A stretch of 64,000 nucleotides of DNA, from positions 4,092,001-4,156,000 of the forward strand of contig OX638163.1 in NCBI GenBank assembly GCA_951804945.1. Direction: 5' to 3'. The DNA comes from Podarcis cretensis (lineage: Eukaryota). Position 1 is the first letter of the stretch; each line of letters begins with the position of its first letter. Positions 38,318 through 50,127 of the stretch are shown here, piece after piece. Below the pieces are notes generated by a model that did not search any database, was not told the DNA's origin, and saw only the letters and a program-made list of their open reading frames with translations. Both the position numbers and the translations under genes were made by a program.

Positions 38318-41021
38318 GTAAATGTCTTGCAGAGCATTTTTGCTCATTTCTCCTTGACCCCATGGCATGATAATGATTTGTTTGTTCACAGTAGCTTTGA
38401 TGGCTGTGGCTGTCCAGGAAAGCCACCTTTCTGGATCTGAAAATGTCTTATCAGAGCAGCAGTTCGATGAAGTGTACAAGATACAGTTGTAAAAATGTAC
38501 ATGTTCCTGAACAGGAAATTGTTATATGTAGATTTAAAGACTCCAAAACTCACGATGCAATGTGACCATGTGTGGAGCATGTATGCCCAAAGATACCTAT
38601 CACTTTTAATAATAACAAAAATGAAAATATTGAAGGAACAACAGCACAAAAGGTACCAGATGAAGTCTGAATTGGGCTCAGAAAATGGAATTCCTTTTGC
38701 TGGTTCTGTGCATCACTAGTTATAACTGCAGAAGCTGTGTGTTTAGCCTAACAGAGTTTAAACATTAGGATTGTTCTCTATGGGTCTTTGCTGAGTGAAA
38801 ACTTCAGCTAGTGCCAAAGACAATGGCTGCATTTGGACATCATGCTAAACCATAGCTGAGCATAACGAGAATGAGCTGCAGCACCCCCTACCTTTTACTT
38901 ATTCTTCTTATTTCAGTTAATCACAGTTTAGTATGTCATCTGAATCCTAAACATGGCTAATACTAATTGCAGTTTGTCTAGACGAGCCATTGTCAGAAAC
39001 TGCTGGCAACAGCCCCATGTAGTGATGTACATAACTGCATCCTTGCAGCCAGCAGCTGCCTCATGTGGTAATTCTCTGAACTGAAGGTGGCTGCTTCTCA
39101 GCAAAGAACCTTCCAGATCTGGACTGTCTCCACCCAGTCAGGGTGGCCACTAAATCCTTCTGGGCAGGAAGGAGAAGAAAGGGTTTCCTGCTGCAGCTGA
39201 AACTTGCTCGAGTAACAAAATATGCCTGACCTCTGGTGTGTCTTGCATTTCTGGTGTTGATTTTGTTCCTGCCTTTCCCTCTAGCCCTACCTTCTAGGAT
39301 GGCTTCTGATCTTGACTTATAGAGCCTTGAGTCATCTTTCACCCTCAGATCCTTGCTGTTCATTCATCCTGACTCTGGCTTGTATTCAAGTCCTACCTTC
39401 CAGCAGTGGGAAGCGCAGGCCCAGGGACTAAATATGGCCCCTCAATCCTCTTTTGCCGGCCCTTGGAACATTCCCCAGGCCACACAGCCCAGTACTGACC
39501 CTGTTTCACACCCCAAGTGTTTCTGCCTGGCTAGAATGTGCCCTTGAACTCAGGTGATGCCTTTTCTTGTCTGAACGGAAGACAGGGAGCAGTGTGTGTA
39601 CAAACTACCCAATTGTACAAGCCGCTGTACACTGATGATGATGATGATTTGTTTATATGCCACCCCTCTGACTGGGTTCCTGCAGCCATTCTGGGCATCT
39701 TCCAAAGATAAAGTTTGCATTTATTGCTCCTCCCACTTTTGCCTCTGGCTATAGCCACCACTAGCATTGGGTCCTCAGAAGGTTGCCCTGGAGAGAACTT
39801 CATATTTTTACAAATTCCTTTAAGGCTTCCAATCTTGAACTTGGCAGCCTGCAATAACCCCCCACCCCCACCCCACCCTGTACAGTATTTTGTCCTCAAA
39901 ATGCATGGTGGGAAACGCCACCAAGAGACGAGTAAATTAAAGCTAACCATTGCGGTTTCCTTCTGTCACTGGGAATGAAAGAGGGAAATTGGATTATTTC
40001 CCAGACGGATTCGGATCAAATCGGTGTGCAGCTGTCTAGCAGGGAATGTAAACATTGATTGATGCCAGCCTGCCCAGATGAAACCGTGTGCCCACGTGGA
40101 AATGATCCCTGTTTTAAAATCCGTTGTCAGGATCTTTGCTAGATTGTGATGCCAGGCACTTACTCAAGAGAGAAAAGTCTGGTTCCCCGTGGGCCTGAGG
40201 GGGAACCACAGACATAAAAGCTGTAAAGCCCACATTTGTGTGCATGTTCGAAACCACCAAACTGACCAACTGCTGTTTAGCCTCACAGCCTCTGACATAG
40301 TCATCTCATTCCCATGTGACCACAAGGAGTAGCCTGTGGTGCCTTTGGTGAGACCAGCTGTGGGCTACTCAACTGCTGTGGCCTGTCCTAGAGGCCATAT
40401 TTTACAGTCATTCTTTGCTCAGTGGTGGAGCCCTGTTTCAACTGTTTTGCAGTTTTTCATTTTTTTTTTATAGCCCACCTCTTTCTCTCCCCCCTCTTGT
40501 TCTTCTTTGTTGCTTTTCTGGAGGGCCTTTTCAGTTGTGGCTCCCTGCTGATGGGATGCTCTCCCCAGCGAGGCGCCTCACTTGGGTCTCAATGCTCTGC
40601 AGATGGAGTTACATGGCAAACAATAATAGTTAAGTGCCGCCTTCTTGAACCTTTGGTGAAAGGTATGGTGGAAGATGGAACACTGTTTGTGGCTGTTATT
40701 CTCTTTCCACTTCTTGCCCCTCTCCCCACAAGACCCTTCCAGACATGCTCTTGAGTAAGAAATGTAGGTCCCTTTCGTACTTAAGAAAACACAGCTGGCC
40801 TCTACTGATTGCCACTGGCCTGAGAGTATGAAAGCCAGGCTGTATTATTTTTACTCAATTAGTTTTCTGTCTAGAAATATCACTGTGGAAAATTTCCATT
40901 TCCTTACCAATTATGTCATTAGAAAAAGAATGTTGCGCTTGTTCAGTCAAAATGCCTCCCCCCTTTCCCTCTCTTTTCCACCTCCCCCTCCTGCCCCAAA
41001 CTCCATTGTAGCCTTTGTGGC

Positions 41022-41269
41022 GAGAGCCAGTGTGGTGTAGTGGTTAAGAGCGGTAGACTCGTAATCTGGTGAACCGGGTTCGCTTCCCCGCTCCTCCACA
41101 TGCAGCTGCTGGGTGACCTTGGGCCAGTCACACTTCTTTGAAGTCTCTCAGCCCCACTCACCTCACAGAGTGTTTGTTGTGGGGGAGGAAGGGAAAGGAG
41201 AATGATAGCTGCTTTGAGACTCCTTAGGGTAGTGATAAAGCGGGATATCAAATCCAAACTCTTCTTCTT
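41022..41269 (+). mobile_element. Squam3-like tRNA SINE
   Basis: gagagccagtgtggtgtagtggttaagagc A box, gggttcgcttccc B box, CORE-like body, (CTT)n tail. Confidence 0.75.
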
Positions 41270-41504
41270 TGTGTTGGTATAGTTTTGGGTCCTACTGCCG
41301 CCTGTATGGCAAGGAGTTCTTACATTCAGCTTAGAAAGATTTACAGATACAGCCATTTCTGAACCAGAATAGCTCTGGTTCCCTCCCTCCTGGACTACTT
41401 TAATACACTCTATTTGGGGCTGCCCTTGAATATGGTCCAGAGGTTGCAGCTTGTTCTGAATGCAGGGAACGACCAGCCCCAGGTGTTAGCTATGCAAAAA
41501 GTTA

Positions 41505-41839
41505 GGTAAAGGTAAGGGGACCCCTGACCATTAGGTCCAGTCCCGGACGACTCTGAGGTTGTGGCACTCATCTCGCTTTACTGGCTGAGGGAGCCGGCAT
41601 ACAGCTTCCGGGTCATGTGGCCAGCATGACTAAGCTGCTTCTGGCGAACCAGAGGAGCGCATGGAAACGCCGTGTATCTTCCTGCCAGAGTGGTACCTAT
41701 TTATCTACTTGCACTTTGACGTGCTTTCGAACTGCTAGGTTGGCAGGAGCTGGGACCGAGCAACGGGAGCTCACCCTGTCGCGGGGATTCGAACCGCCGA
41801 CCTTCTGATCGGCAAGCCCTAGGCACCACCCGCATCCCT
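41505..41839 (-). mobile_element. Sauria SINE nested in a family C MITE
   Basis: Colinear with other copies; flanking duplication ttagctatgcaaaaagt; small deletion in the head. Confidence 0.88.
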
Positions 41840-43060
41840 AAATTTAGCTATGCACCACCCGCATCCCTAAATTTAGCTATGCAAAAAGTCACTTATCCGA
41901 TCACAAGGAATTAGTACTCAAATCTTGCTATATACACCACAGATTCAGTTACATAGGTTTTTTGTTTTGTTTTTTAACTTCCTTGTCTTCCTTTTGTTGG
42001 TTGGCTGATGAACAGAGGGAGCGAGGTAAGGGGAGCCGTTGGAAAAATTAGAAAACATTTTTTCCAGGATTTTCTTTGGGTTTGCGGGGCTTTTTGGGGT
42101 CACAATTCCATGGTCAGAAACGAATTAGAAATTTCCCCATAGGAATCAATGGAAATCATCAACTCATTGTGCAGATGCTCACTTAAGAAATGATTTCCAG
42201 GGAATTCATTGTGTTCGATAAGCAGGAACTGCATGCAGTAGTTTACAACGCCCTAACTGGATTGAAACCCAATAACATAAACCCAATAACCTTTTCTGTT
42301 AATGGAGTTTGCCTGCCCCCTGAACAATTTGGTTTGCCCTTTTCTGCACCTTCCTGGGTTGCCACATTTCAAAAAGTGAAATAGCCGGTTGATGAGCTTT
42401 TTCGTCCAAAGTTGTTGAAATCTCAAAAATAAGAGAAATATGAAGTTTTTGAGCTATTTTTAGGAAAGTTGACACTGCTTCTGACTGCTGTATTCCAGCT
42501 ATGTCCAGAAAATGTTCCAAGTGCGGTTGTACGATTGATTTTTATGAATGCATTATTATGTTGTCAGTTTTATCTTTGAACTGCTTCCTGTTGAATAGCT
42601 CAGCAGCTCTCACGTAGGGCAGAAATGGGGAACGTCTGTCCCTACAGATGCCGTTCGGCTCCACTTTCTTTGAGCCTAAACAAGCATGACCAGTGGTCAG
42701 GGATGTTAAGAACTGTGGTCTACTAACAGTTGGAGGGTTTCCCACCCCTGATGTAGAAGGTCCCAAGTTGAAACTCTGCAGCCTCCAGTTTAAAAATAAA
42801 AAAGATTTCTAGTAACAGCAAAGCTAGGAATGACTTCTGCTTGAGACCTTGGAAAGTAGACAGTCCATTGGTCTGATTCATTGTAAGCATGATCCTTCAT
42901 TCCTCTTCTAGTGAGTATAATTAGAAAAACCAAGTATCCATCTATGACCAGTAGAAGAATAAGGCTACACATTTTTGATGGGCTCAGGGCAAAATATCTG
43001 CTTGGCACAATGTCCTATATTCAATCCCTGGCACTTCCAGTTAGGGCCAGGAAAGACTTA

Positions 43061-43516
43061 CTGTATTTTTCGCTCCATAGGGCGCACCGGACCATACGGC
43101 ACACCTAGTTTTTTTTTTGGGGGGGGGGGAATAAAGCAAAAAAAAAATCCCCCCCAGCCCCCAGAACAGGTCCAGGAGCAGCGGCAAGATTGCGCGCAAC
43201 CGCTGCCATGCTCAGAAGACTTGCAGATAGCTGCCTGAAGCCCGGGGTGCTCAGCAGGACTTGGCGCTGCACTCCCCAGGCTTCAGGCTGCAGACTGCTG
43301 TCCGCAAGCCTTCGCAGCCCGGCGGGAACTCCCGCCGCGCTCTGAAGGCTTGCGCAGAGCTTCCTGAAGCCTGGAGAGCGAGAGGGGTTGGTGTGCACTG
43401 ACCCCTCTCACTCTCCAGGCTTCAGCGAAAGCCTGCATTCGCTCCATAGGACACACACACATTTCCCCTTCATTTTTGGAGGGAGAAAAGTGCGTCCTAT
43501 AAAGCGAAAAATGCGG
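43061..43516. mobile_element. Tc1/mariner-type MITE with three internal GC-rich hairpins
   Basis: TA|CTGTATTTTTCGCTCCATAGG ... CCTATAAAGCGAAAAATGCGG|TA. Confidence 0.85.
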
Positions 43517-45060
43517 TATCTGAAATCCCAGAGAACTACTGCCTGTCACCACTGGCGGAGCGTGTTTTCATAGCGCCTGGGGCGCACCGGGTTGTGGAGG
43601 GTGGATGGACCCCACCGTACACCAGCTCAGCCCTCACCACCACACAGCAGTACTGTGCTACTTGGAGAGGCTGGGATCTGATCAGATCCTAGCCTTGCAA
43701 AGCAGCTCAAGAGGGCAGCATGAGAAGCATGTCGTGCATCCCTTGATCCCAGCCTCACTCCCAGGGGGCTGGGATTGAAGAGTGGGTGGCTGTTGTGTCC
43801 TTCTCACACCACCCTTCCCAGATCCCTGCCTTGCAAAGTGGCACAGAGCTGGCTCAGGGAGGGCGGTGTGAGCAGTGCTCCCCCAATGCATCTGGGGTGA
43901 TTGCCCTGGCAGCTCCCCCCCCCCATGCTACTCCCCTAGCAGTTACTCTAGACAGAACTGAGATTGATGGTCCAGTGGTCCATACTCAGCATAAGGCAAC
44001 TTTCTCTGTTTCCCTGCCTTTTGCGGGAAAAGGAACATAGCTCAGTGCTGGAACTGTTTCACATGCAGAAGGTCCCACATTCAATCCCTAGCATCTCCTG
44101 GTAAGATCTGTCTGAAATTATTGAGAGCCACTGGCAGTCACCATAGCCCAGGTATGGAACCTTTGCCCCCTCCAGATGGCGCTGAACCACAGCTCCCATC
44201 ATTCCTCAACATTGGCCATGCTTGCTAGGACTGATGGGAATTGTAGTTCAGCAACATCTGAAGTGCCAAACTTCTGCTTTAGAATTCAGCTAGAAAGACC
44301 AGTAAGACAGCTTCCTGTTTTTGTATAACTCATTTGAACCATAGCTAAGTGATATAATGTATGCTTTGTATGCGGGAGGGCCCAGGTTCAGGCCTTGACA
44401 ACTCTAGGTACCGCTGGAAAAGAAACCTGGCTAAACCCTCGACAGCCACTGCCAGTCAACACTGTAGGCGGTACTGAGCTCCATACACTCGGTAATCAAA
44501 GGCAACTTTATGCGTTCAAGGCCCTTCTTCTTGGATTGCTGCTGCAGAAATACCTATTCTATCCCACCCATCAGATTCCAGTGTTTTATATTGCAGCCCT
44601 TTGCTTAGATTAAAGAGAAGAAATATGTAGCAGAAGAAAATAATAAATATAGCACCATCTCTCTCTCTCCATCTCCATCTCTCTCTCTCTCTCTCTGGCT
44701 TATGGTTGTGGCACTGCCTGTAATTTGTTCCTGGTCTGTTGTGTGTTGTGGCTCCTGCAGGCGCCGAGCTTCAAAGGCCCAACTGTGGTTTTAAAGCGGG
44801 ACCAGCTGGCTGAGCTGCAGAGGCCACAGTCTGGGAGCAATTGTGTCCCTGCCAGTAGCCAATAAGAGGTTGTGGGCAGTTTTTAAGGGGTGCTGGGCTA
44901 ATTCATCCCACAAGGAGGACATTATCTCTTTCTCTGTTTATGGCTCTGACTCAAGCAAACCAGAAAATCAATTCTGTTGTTTTTCTTCTCTCTCTCTCTC
45001 TCTCTGTCCCCCTCTCTCCACGCCCCGACCCCATGTCACCCTCTTTTCCCCTCTCTTCAG

Positions 45061-45114
45061 GGCCTGATGGGGTTCATTGGTCCAGTAGGGGAGCCTGGAA
45101 TAGTCGGGGACAAG
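45061..45114 (+). CDS. COL27A1: Collagen exon M, 54 bp: GLMGFIGPVGEPGIVGDK
   Basis: cttcag|GGC...AAG|gtaaga. Confidence 0.96.
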
Positions 45115-45740
45115 GTAAGAATGTGTTGCTAAATGGACTGACTGTATTGTGTTGCAGGGGAACATGAGTGTGGAGAGTCCTGCTTGAGGCTTTCCAGAAG
45201 AGGCTTTTGGTTGACTATTGTGAGAACAAGATGCTGGGTTAGGGGGGCTGGCTTTGGCCTGATCCAGAAGAATTCCTTATTTTCACTCAACTTTTCAGTG
45301 CTGGCTTTTGGCTCCCCCTTACCCAATATTATTTTTAGGTTGTATCCAGTGTTTGTGCTACTAAGAGTAGAACCAGTGAAATTTGTGGCAACGACTAACT
45401 TCAGTTCATTAATTTCAGTGAATTTACTACGAGTAGAACTTAGTTGGATACAACCCATTATTATTTAACTTATGCAGGAAACTCTCAATTTACGCAGGGG
45501 TTACATTCCAAGGCACCACAGGTTTAAGTGAAACTGTGTATATTTGAAACAGCATTGAAAAAGCCCACAAACCTTGCCCCTTTTTGTGACCTTATGGGGT
45601 CACTTCTGGGTTTGGTGCAATGCACACGGTCATGGTCACACACATATCAGATGTGCCTAAAACAGATTCAGGTAGGTAGCCGTGTTGGTCTGATGCAGTC
45701 GAAATAAATTAAAAAAATAAAACACTGTCCAGTAGCACCT

Positions 45741-45822
45741 TGTTGTTGTTTAGTCGTTTAGTTGTGTCCGACTCTTCGTGACCCCATGGACCAGAGCATG
45801 CCAGGCACTCCTGTCTTCCACT
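45741..45822 (-). mobile_element. BovB (RTE) LINE 3' tip inserted in the Penelope pLTR
   Basis: (TTG)n tail, then tagtcgtttagttgtgtccgactcttcgtgaccccatggac. Confidence 0.8.
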
Positions 45823-45845
45823 AAGTCCAACTAAGTTTGTTCTGG

Positions 45846-45883
45846 GTATAAGCTTTCATGTGCATGCACACTTCTTCAGATAC
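45846..45883 (-). ncRNA. Minimal type I hammerhead ribozyme motif (PLE-type)
   Basis: GUAU CUGAAGA A GUGUGCAUGCACAU GAAA GCUU AUAC; stem I GUAU/AUAC, palindromic AGCU stem III. Confidence 0.65.
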
Positions 45884-46068
45884 ACTGAAACAGAAGTCAC
45901 CAGACCCTTATATATAGTGGGAGGGTGGGATGGGGTTTTTCTCAGAAGGGTAGTAGGAGATGGTTGATTGACTGAATGGGTATGGTGAACCTGTTGATGA
46001 CTGTTAATGGCTGTAATTAGTCCTACAGGAAAAAGCAAGGGATAGTGTGCAGATGACCAAAAATAGCT

Positions 46069-46299
46069 TTAGCATATGTAATGAGACAAGAATCCAATAT
46101 CTCTATTCAGACCAGGTCTCTCCATAGTTTTCAGTTTAGTAGTAAGTTGTAATTCAGCAACTTCTCTTTCAGGTCTATTTCCGAAATTCTTTTGTAATAA
46201 GACAGCTGCTTTGAGATTCTGTATTGAATGTCCTGGAAGACTGAAGTGTTCTCCTACTGGCTTCTCTGTCTTATGATTCCTGATGTCAGATTTATGTCC
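46069..46299 (-). pseudogene. C-terminal fragment of Penelope-like GIY-YIG endonuclease
   Basis: Open frame (no start codon): GHKSDIRNHKTEKPVGEHFSLPGHSIQNLKAAVLLQKNFGNRPEREVAELQLTTKLKTMERPGLNRDIGFLSHYIC*. Confidence 0.85.
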
Positions 46300-46346
46300 T
46301 ACTATATATATTCTATATATAAGGGTCTGGTGACTTCTGTTTCAGT

Positions 46347-46384
46347 GTATCTGAAGAAGTGTGTATGCACACGAAAGTTTATAC
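46347..46384 (+). ncRNA. Minimal type I hammerhead ribozyme motif (PLE-type), sense to COL27A1
   Basis: GUAU CUGAAGA A GUGUG UAUG CACAC GAAA GUUU AUAC. Confidence 0.6.
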
Positions 46385-49073
46385 GTACCCAGAACAAACA
46401 TAGTGGGTGCCGAAAACAGTCACTGCTTATCCTCCACCTTTCTTCCAAAGCTCTCAAGATTGTCACATGGTTCTCCCCCCCTCCACATTTTATCCTCACA
46501 GTAGCCTTGTGATAGCTAAGTAGGAATTTGAACCCTGGGCTCCCAGGTCCCAGTACAACACCTTAAGCACTGCATCACACGGTATCATTGGCTGCTGAAG
46601 TTCCACCTTTATTCCTCACCCACCGTCATTGCTCATTTGCACCACTTGGGGCTGGTAGACGATGCAGGTGAATGGGCAGTCAATGGTGGGAAAGGGGAGT
46701 GGCAGCAGGGGGCAGTAGCCTCCTGTCAGCAGTGGGTCTCTCCTGCTGGAACTTCAGCCTCAGTAGGAGCCCAACTTGGCTGACTCCACACACCAGGCCT
46801 GCAAGTTTGTCATCTAGAAAATCTCAGTTAAGGGACCTCTGCAGAAAATAAACCTAAGATATGTTGGTACAGTGAGGAAGGCAGTTGCAGCTTCTTAAGA
46901 TTTCAGGTTATGCCCACATCATATGGAGGTGCAAGATATTCTAATGGTCACTTATGCATTTGCAGCAAGGGAGAAGTTAGTTACCGGTATGTACAGTGTG
47001 GCTGTATAATTCTCCCAGGGACAGGTTTCTCAAAAGGATTCTTCAGAGTGTTTCTGTCTTGAAAAATTGTTGTTTGCTGTCCGATGAGGATAAAAACACT
47101 ACATACATGATGTTTCCATGTTTGCTTTAGCAGCCCAACAGATCAGATAAAATATTATTGTGCAGCATGGAATGCAGTGTGCTGTGAACCATGTGTGCTA
47201 AAACGTACCTAAATATTTTGTATCTTTATGGTGACCGATGGTTTTTAGCAAATAAAGTTCGCTGGTGTAAAATTAAGCAACCTAGTCAAACAAGTGCTTT
47301 TAAGACCTGTTGAAATTAGCTGTGTGCGAAAGTCTTATGTGCATGCATACATTAACACATTTGAATAAGCAGGGGTTTGGGGGTTGGTGGAAGCAGAATA
47401 TGTTTATGCATGCATGACTCTCAGCTATCACCAGATCCATTTAGTGAAAGGAGTTCTGGGCTGTGTGGTGCCTGTTGGTAACATCTGAGCAATGGCACAG
47501 ATTTGGGCCTCAGCATCTTCCCAGCCTCCCCTAGATATGCAGATGCATGGAGCATGATTCTCCCATCTGCATCTCCCATCCTATAGCCTAACTAGGAGTC
47601 TCAAGGCAATTTGTAATGAAATGTACACAAACCATGCAAGTTAAATATAAAACACCTTTGCACTTTTCAAGCAGGCTTCATCCTGAAGCTGTAGAATTGT
47701 GGAACCTTAGCTCCCTTGTTTATTTATCATGTTTGCATTTTATGGGTGAGACTTAATATCCACTTGCACAATGGGGCTTCTCCTCTCCACCTGCTGCCCA
47801 TGCCCCTTCTTATTTAGAGAGCTGAAGAAGGTTTTGGAAGTGCACAGGGGGCTGTAGTGGGAAGAAGGAGCCCTGGTGCACAAGCAGATGACGTCACTGG
47901 ATGCCACCCAATGTATCAGCCAGATTCAAATAAACCATCCAAGGCAGCCCACCCATGAGGCAAGGTGAGGCGACTGCCTCAAGTGGCAGAATCCACAGGG
48001 GCAGCTGATCCCAGTGTAGATCTTTACTTTGGGCTGGCCTGACCAGGAGGTAAGGTGAGCTGCCTGCCTTGGGCAGCAGGATCCACTGGGGTACAGTAGC
48101 AGATCCTGATGGAGATCTTTAACCCCCCAACTCCTGATGTAGATATTCCCTCACCCCTTCTTCTCTGGTGGGGGGGGGAGGGCATTTTGGGGTATATCTC
48201 AGGTGCTAAGATATCTTGGGCCGGCCCTACCCATACCACTAGTGGAAGCCGGTGCAATAGTTCCTGGTGGCACAACAGGGCTTTCTGTCCCTCATGCCTC
48301 CCCAATCAGTACACAAGGAGAGGAGAGGGGAAATTGTTCCATTGGGGCAAGCAGAAATCCTTGTGCTGGAGGATTTATTTATTTGTTGCATTGGTATTCC
48401 ACTTCTTCGAAAGAGCTCAGATTTGTGTACATGTTTCTCCCCCTTCTCCTTCAGTCCCCGAAACAGCCCTGTGAGGTAGTTTAGGCTGAGAAGCAGTGAC
48501 CGGCCAAACATCACCTAGTGAGCTTCATGGCTCTGTGGGAATTTGAACCCTGATCTCCCAGGTCCAACACTCTAACTGCTGCACTACACTGGCTCTCAGT
48601 ACTACAGTGAATTTCACGCTAAGTATTTACTTGACTGTAGTTTTACTCAGAGCAGACCCATTGGAATATGCATTCATTTCAATGGGTCTGCTCTAAGTAG
48701 GACTAATGTTGGCTATAACCCATTATGTTTTATGTGCTGCTTTTCTCCCTGAAGAGCTCGGTAGTGTTACGTGGACTCCTCACTACTGCCACTGTTTTGA
48801 TCCTCACAATAGCTCCTTGTGAGGTAGGTTAGGCTGAGATGCAGCAACTGGGTCCAGCCTTATTCAGCCTTCCTTCCAATGGGTTTCCCAAGTGGTCTCT
48901 CATTCAGGCATCAGCCAGACCTGGTCATGCTTAGCTTCGTCTATGCTGCTGCATCACATGCCTTCAGGCTTTAGGGTTTACAACACTTTTACAATTCCCT
49001 CCACCATTCCTTGGCACATTGTTTGCTAACAGAACTTCTTACTCTTCCTTCTGTGTGCACCTGTCTCCCTTAG

Positions 49074-49127
49074 GGGGATCGGGGTGCAGTAGGACCTCCA
49101 GGACCACCGGGCGTCAAGGGATCGATG
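49074..49127 (+). CDS. COL27A1: Collagen exon N, 54 bp: GDRGAVGPPGPPGVKGSM
   Basis: ccttag|GGG...ATG|gtaagg. Confidence 0.95.
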
Positions 49128-49470
49128 GTAAGGAGTAAGTCTGCATTCTCTCGCCTCCTTTTCTGCCTGAAGAACCATAATCTGTCTCCTCTCCCGCTGC
49201 CACTTGGAGGGCATGCTTTTCTCCCCCCCCCCCATGCTTGGGGGCACAGAGGGTGGTTGACCCATGCCAAGTTATAATATCTTCACACTGATTTCCCAGG
49301 TAGCCTTTGAAGTCTTCACATGTTAGGCCCTTGACCATTTAGGGTTTGTGAAGACCTCAAAGCAACCCAAGATTTACTGCTGCTGATTGTCGTGTGTTTG
49401 CAGTATTTTTCAGTGTTTAAGATGATGCTTGTTGCTAAATATTCTTAGTTCAAAATTTGGGTTCATATTA

Positions 49471-49682
49471 CAGTGGTATCTCGTTTTGAGTCCGCCCCGT
49501 TTAGGGTCCATTTCGTCAAATGTCCACGGCAAACCCGGAAGTACCGGAATGGGTTATTTCCAGGTTTGCCATTTGCGCATGCGCAGAAGCACATGCGCAG
49601 AGCTGGGCTTTGCTGAGTGTCCCTTTTGTCAAGCTTCTAGGGCTCCAGAACGGATCCCGGATGCCAAAGAGGTACGGCAGTG
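49471..49682. mobile_element. Degenerate Tc1/mariner MITE
   Basis: TA|CAGTGGTATCTC ... GAGGTACGGCAGTG|TA (right TIR damaged). Confidence 0.6.
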
Positions 49683-50073
49683 TACACTGATGGTGAATGC
49701 ACAGGATCCACTACCTCCCTGGTGCCCTATATCTCCAAAATAAAGCTCAACAACTGTGGGTGATCTCAGGTGTTGGTGGGGCACGCTCCACTGCTGCCCG
49801 TGTGCAAGCAGTCTCCCACCGCCCCAGGCACTGGCAGGGGTTGCTACGCTGGTGCTGGGGTTCTGTCTGATGTTTAAACTATTGAGTTCTTAATTTTGGG
49901 GGTAAAATAAATAAATAAATAGGGGCTATCTTATACATGGGGGTGTCCTATACATGGAAAAATATGGCGCATTCAGCGCTATGTAAAGCAGCATGGAGAT
50001 GAATGAATTGCATCTGGATATGAATACAGACATATTATGCAGAGCTTCATGCCTTCTCTCCTTTGTTATATAG

Positions 50074-50127
50074 GGACACCCTGGAATACCTGGAGCAATT
50101 GGTGAACCAGGGCTCCCTGGACAGCCT
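50074..50127 (+). CDS. COL27A1: Collagen exon O, 54 bp: GHPGIPGAIGEPGLPGQP
   Basis: atatag|GGA...CCT|gtaagt. Confidence 0.95.

Larger units (their letters stand above)
45665..46403 (-). mobile_element. Penelope-like retroelement, 5'-truncated, with inverted partial pLTR
   Basis: GIY-YIG C-terminal ORF remnant, ~87-bp inverted repeat (45831-45917 vs 46313-46403), hammerhead-like cores. Confidence 0.88.

Noticed and set aside
49074-50127. Exons N and O offset by exactly 1000 bp
   Set aside because: Flanks are not homologous and the intron contains TE insertions, so this is coincidence
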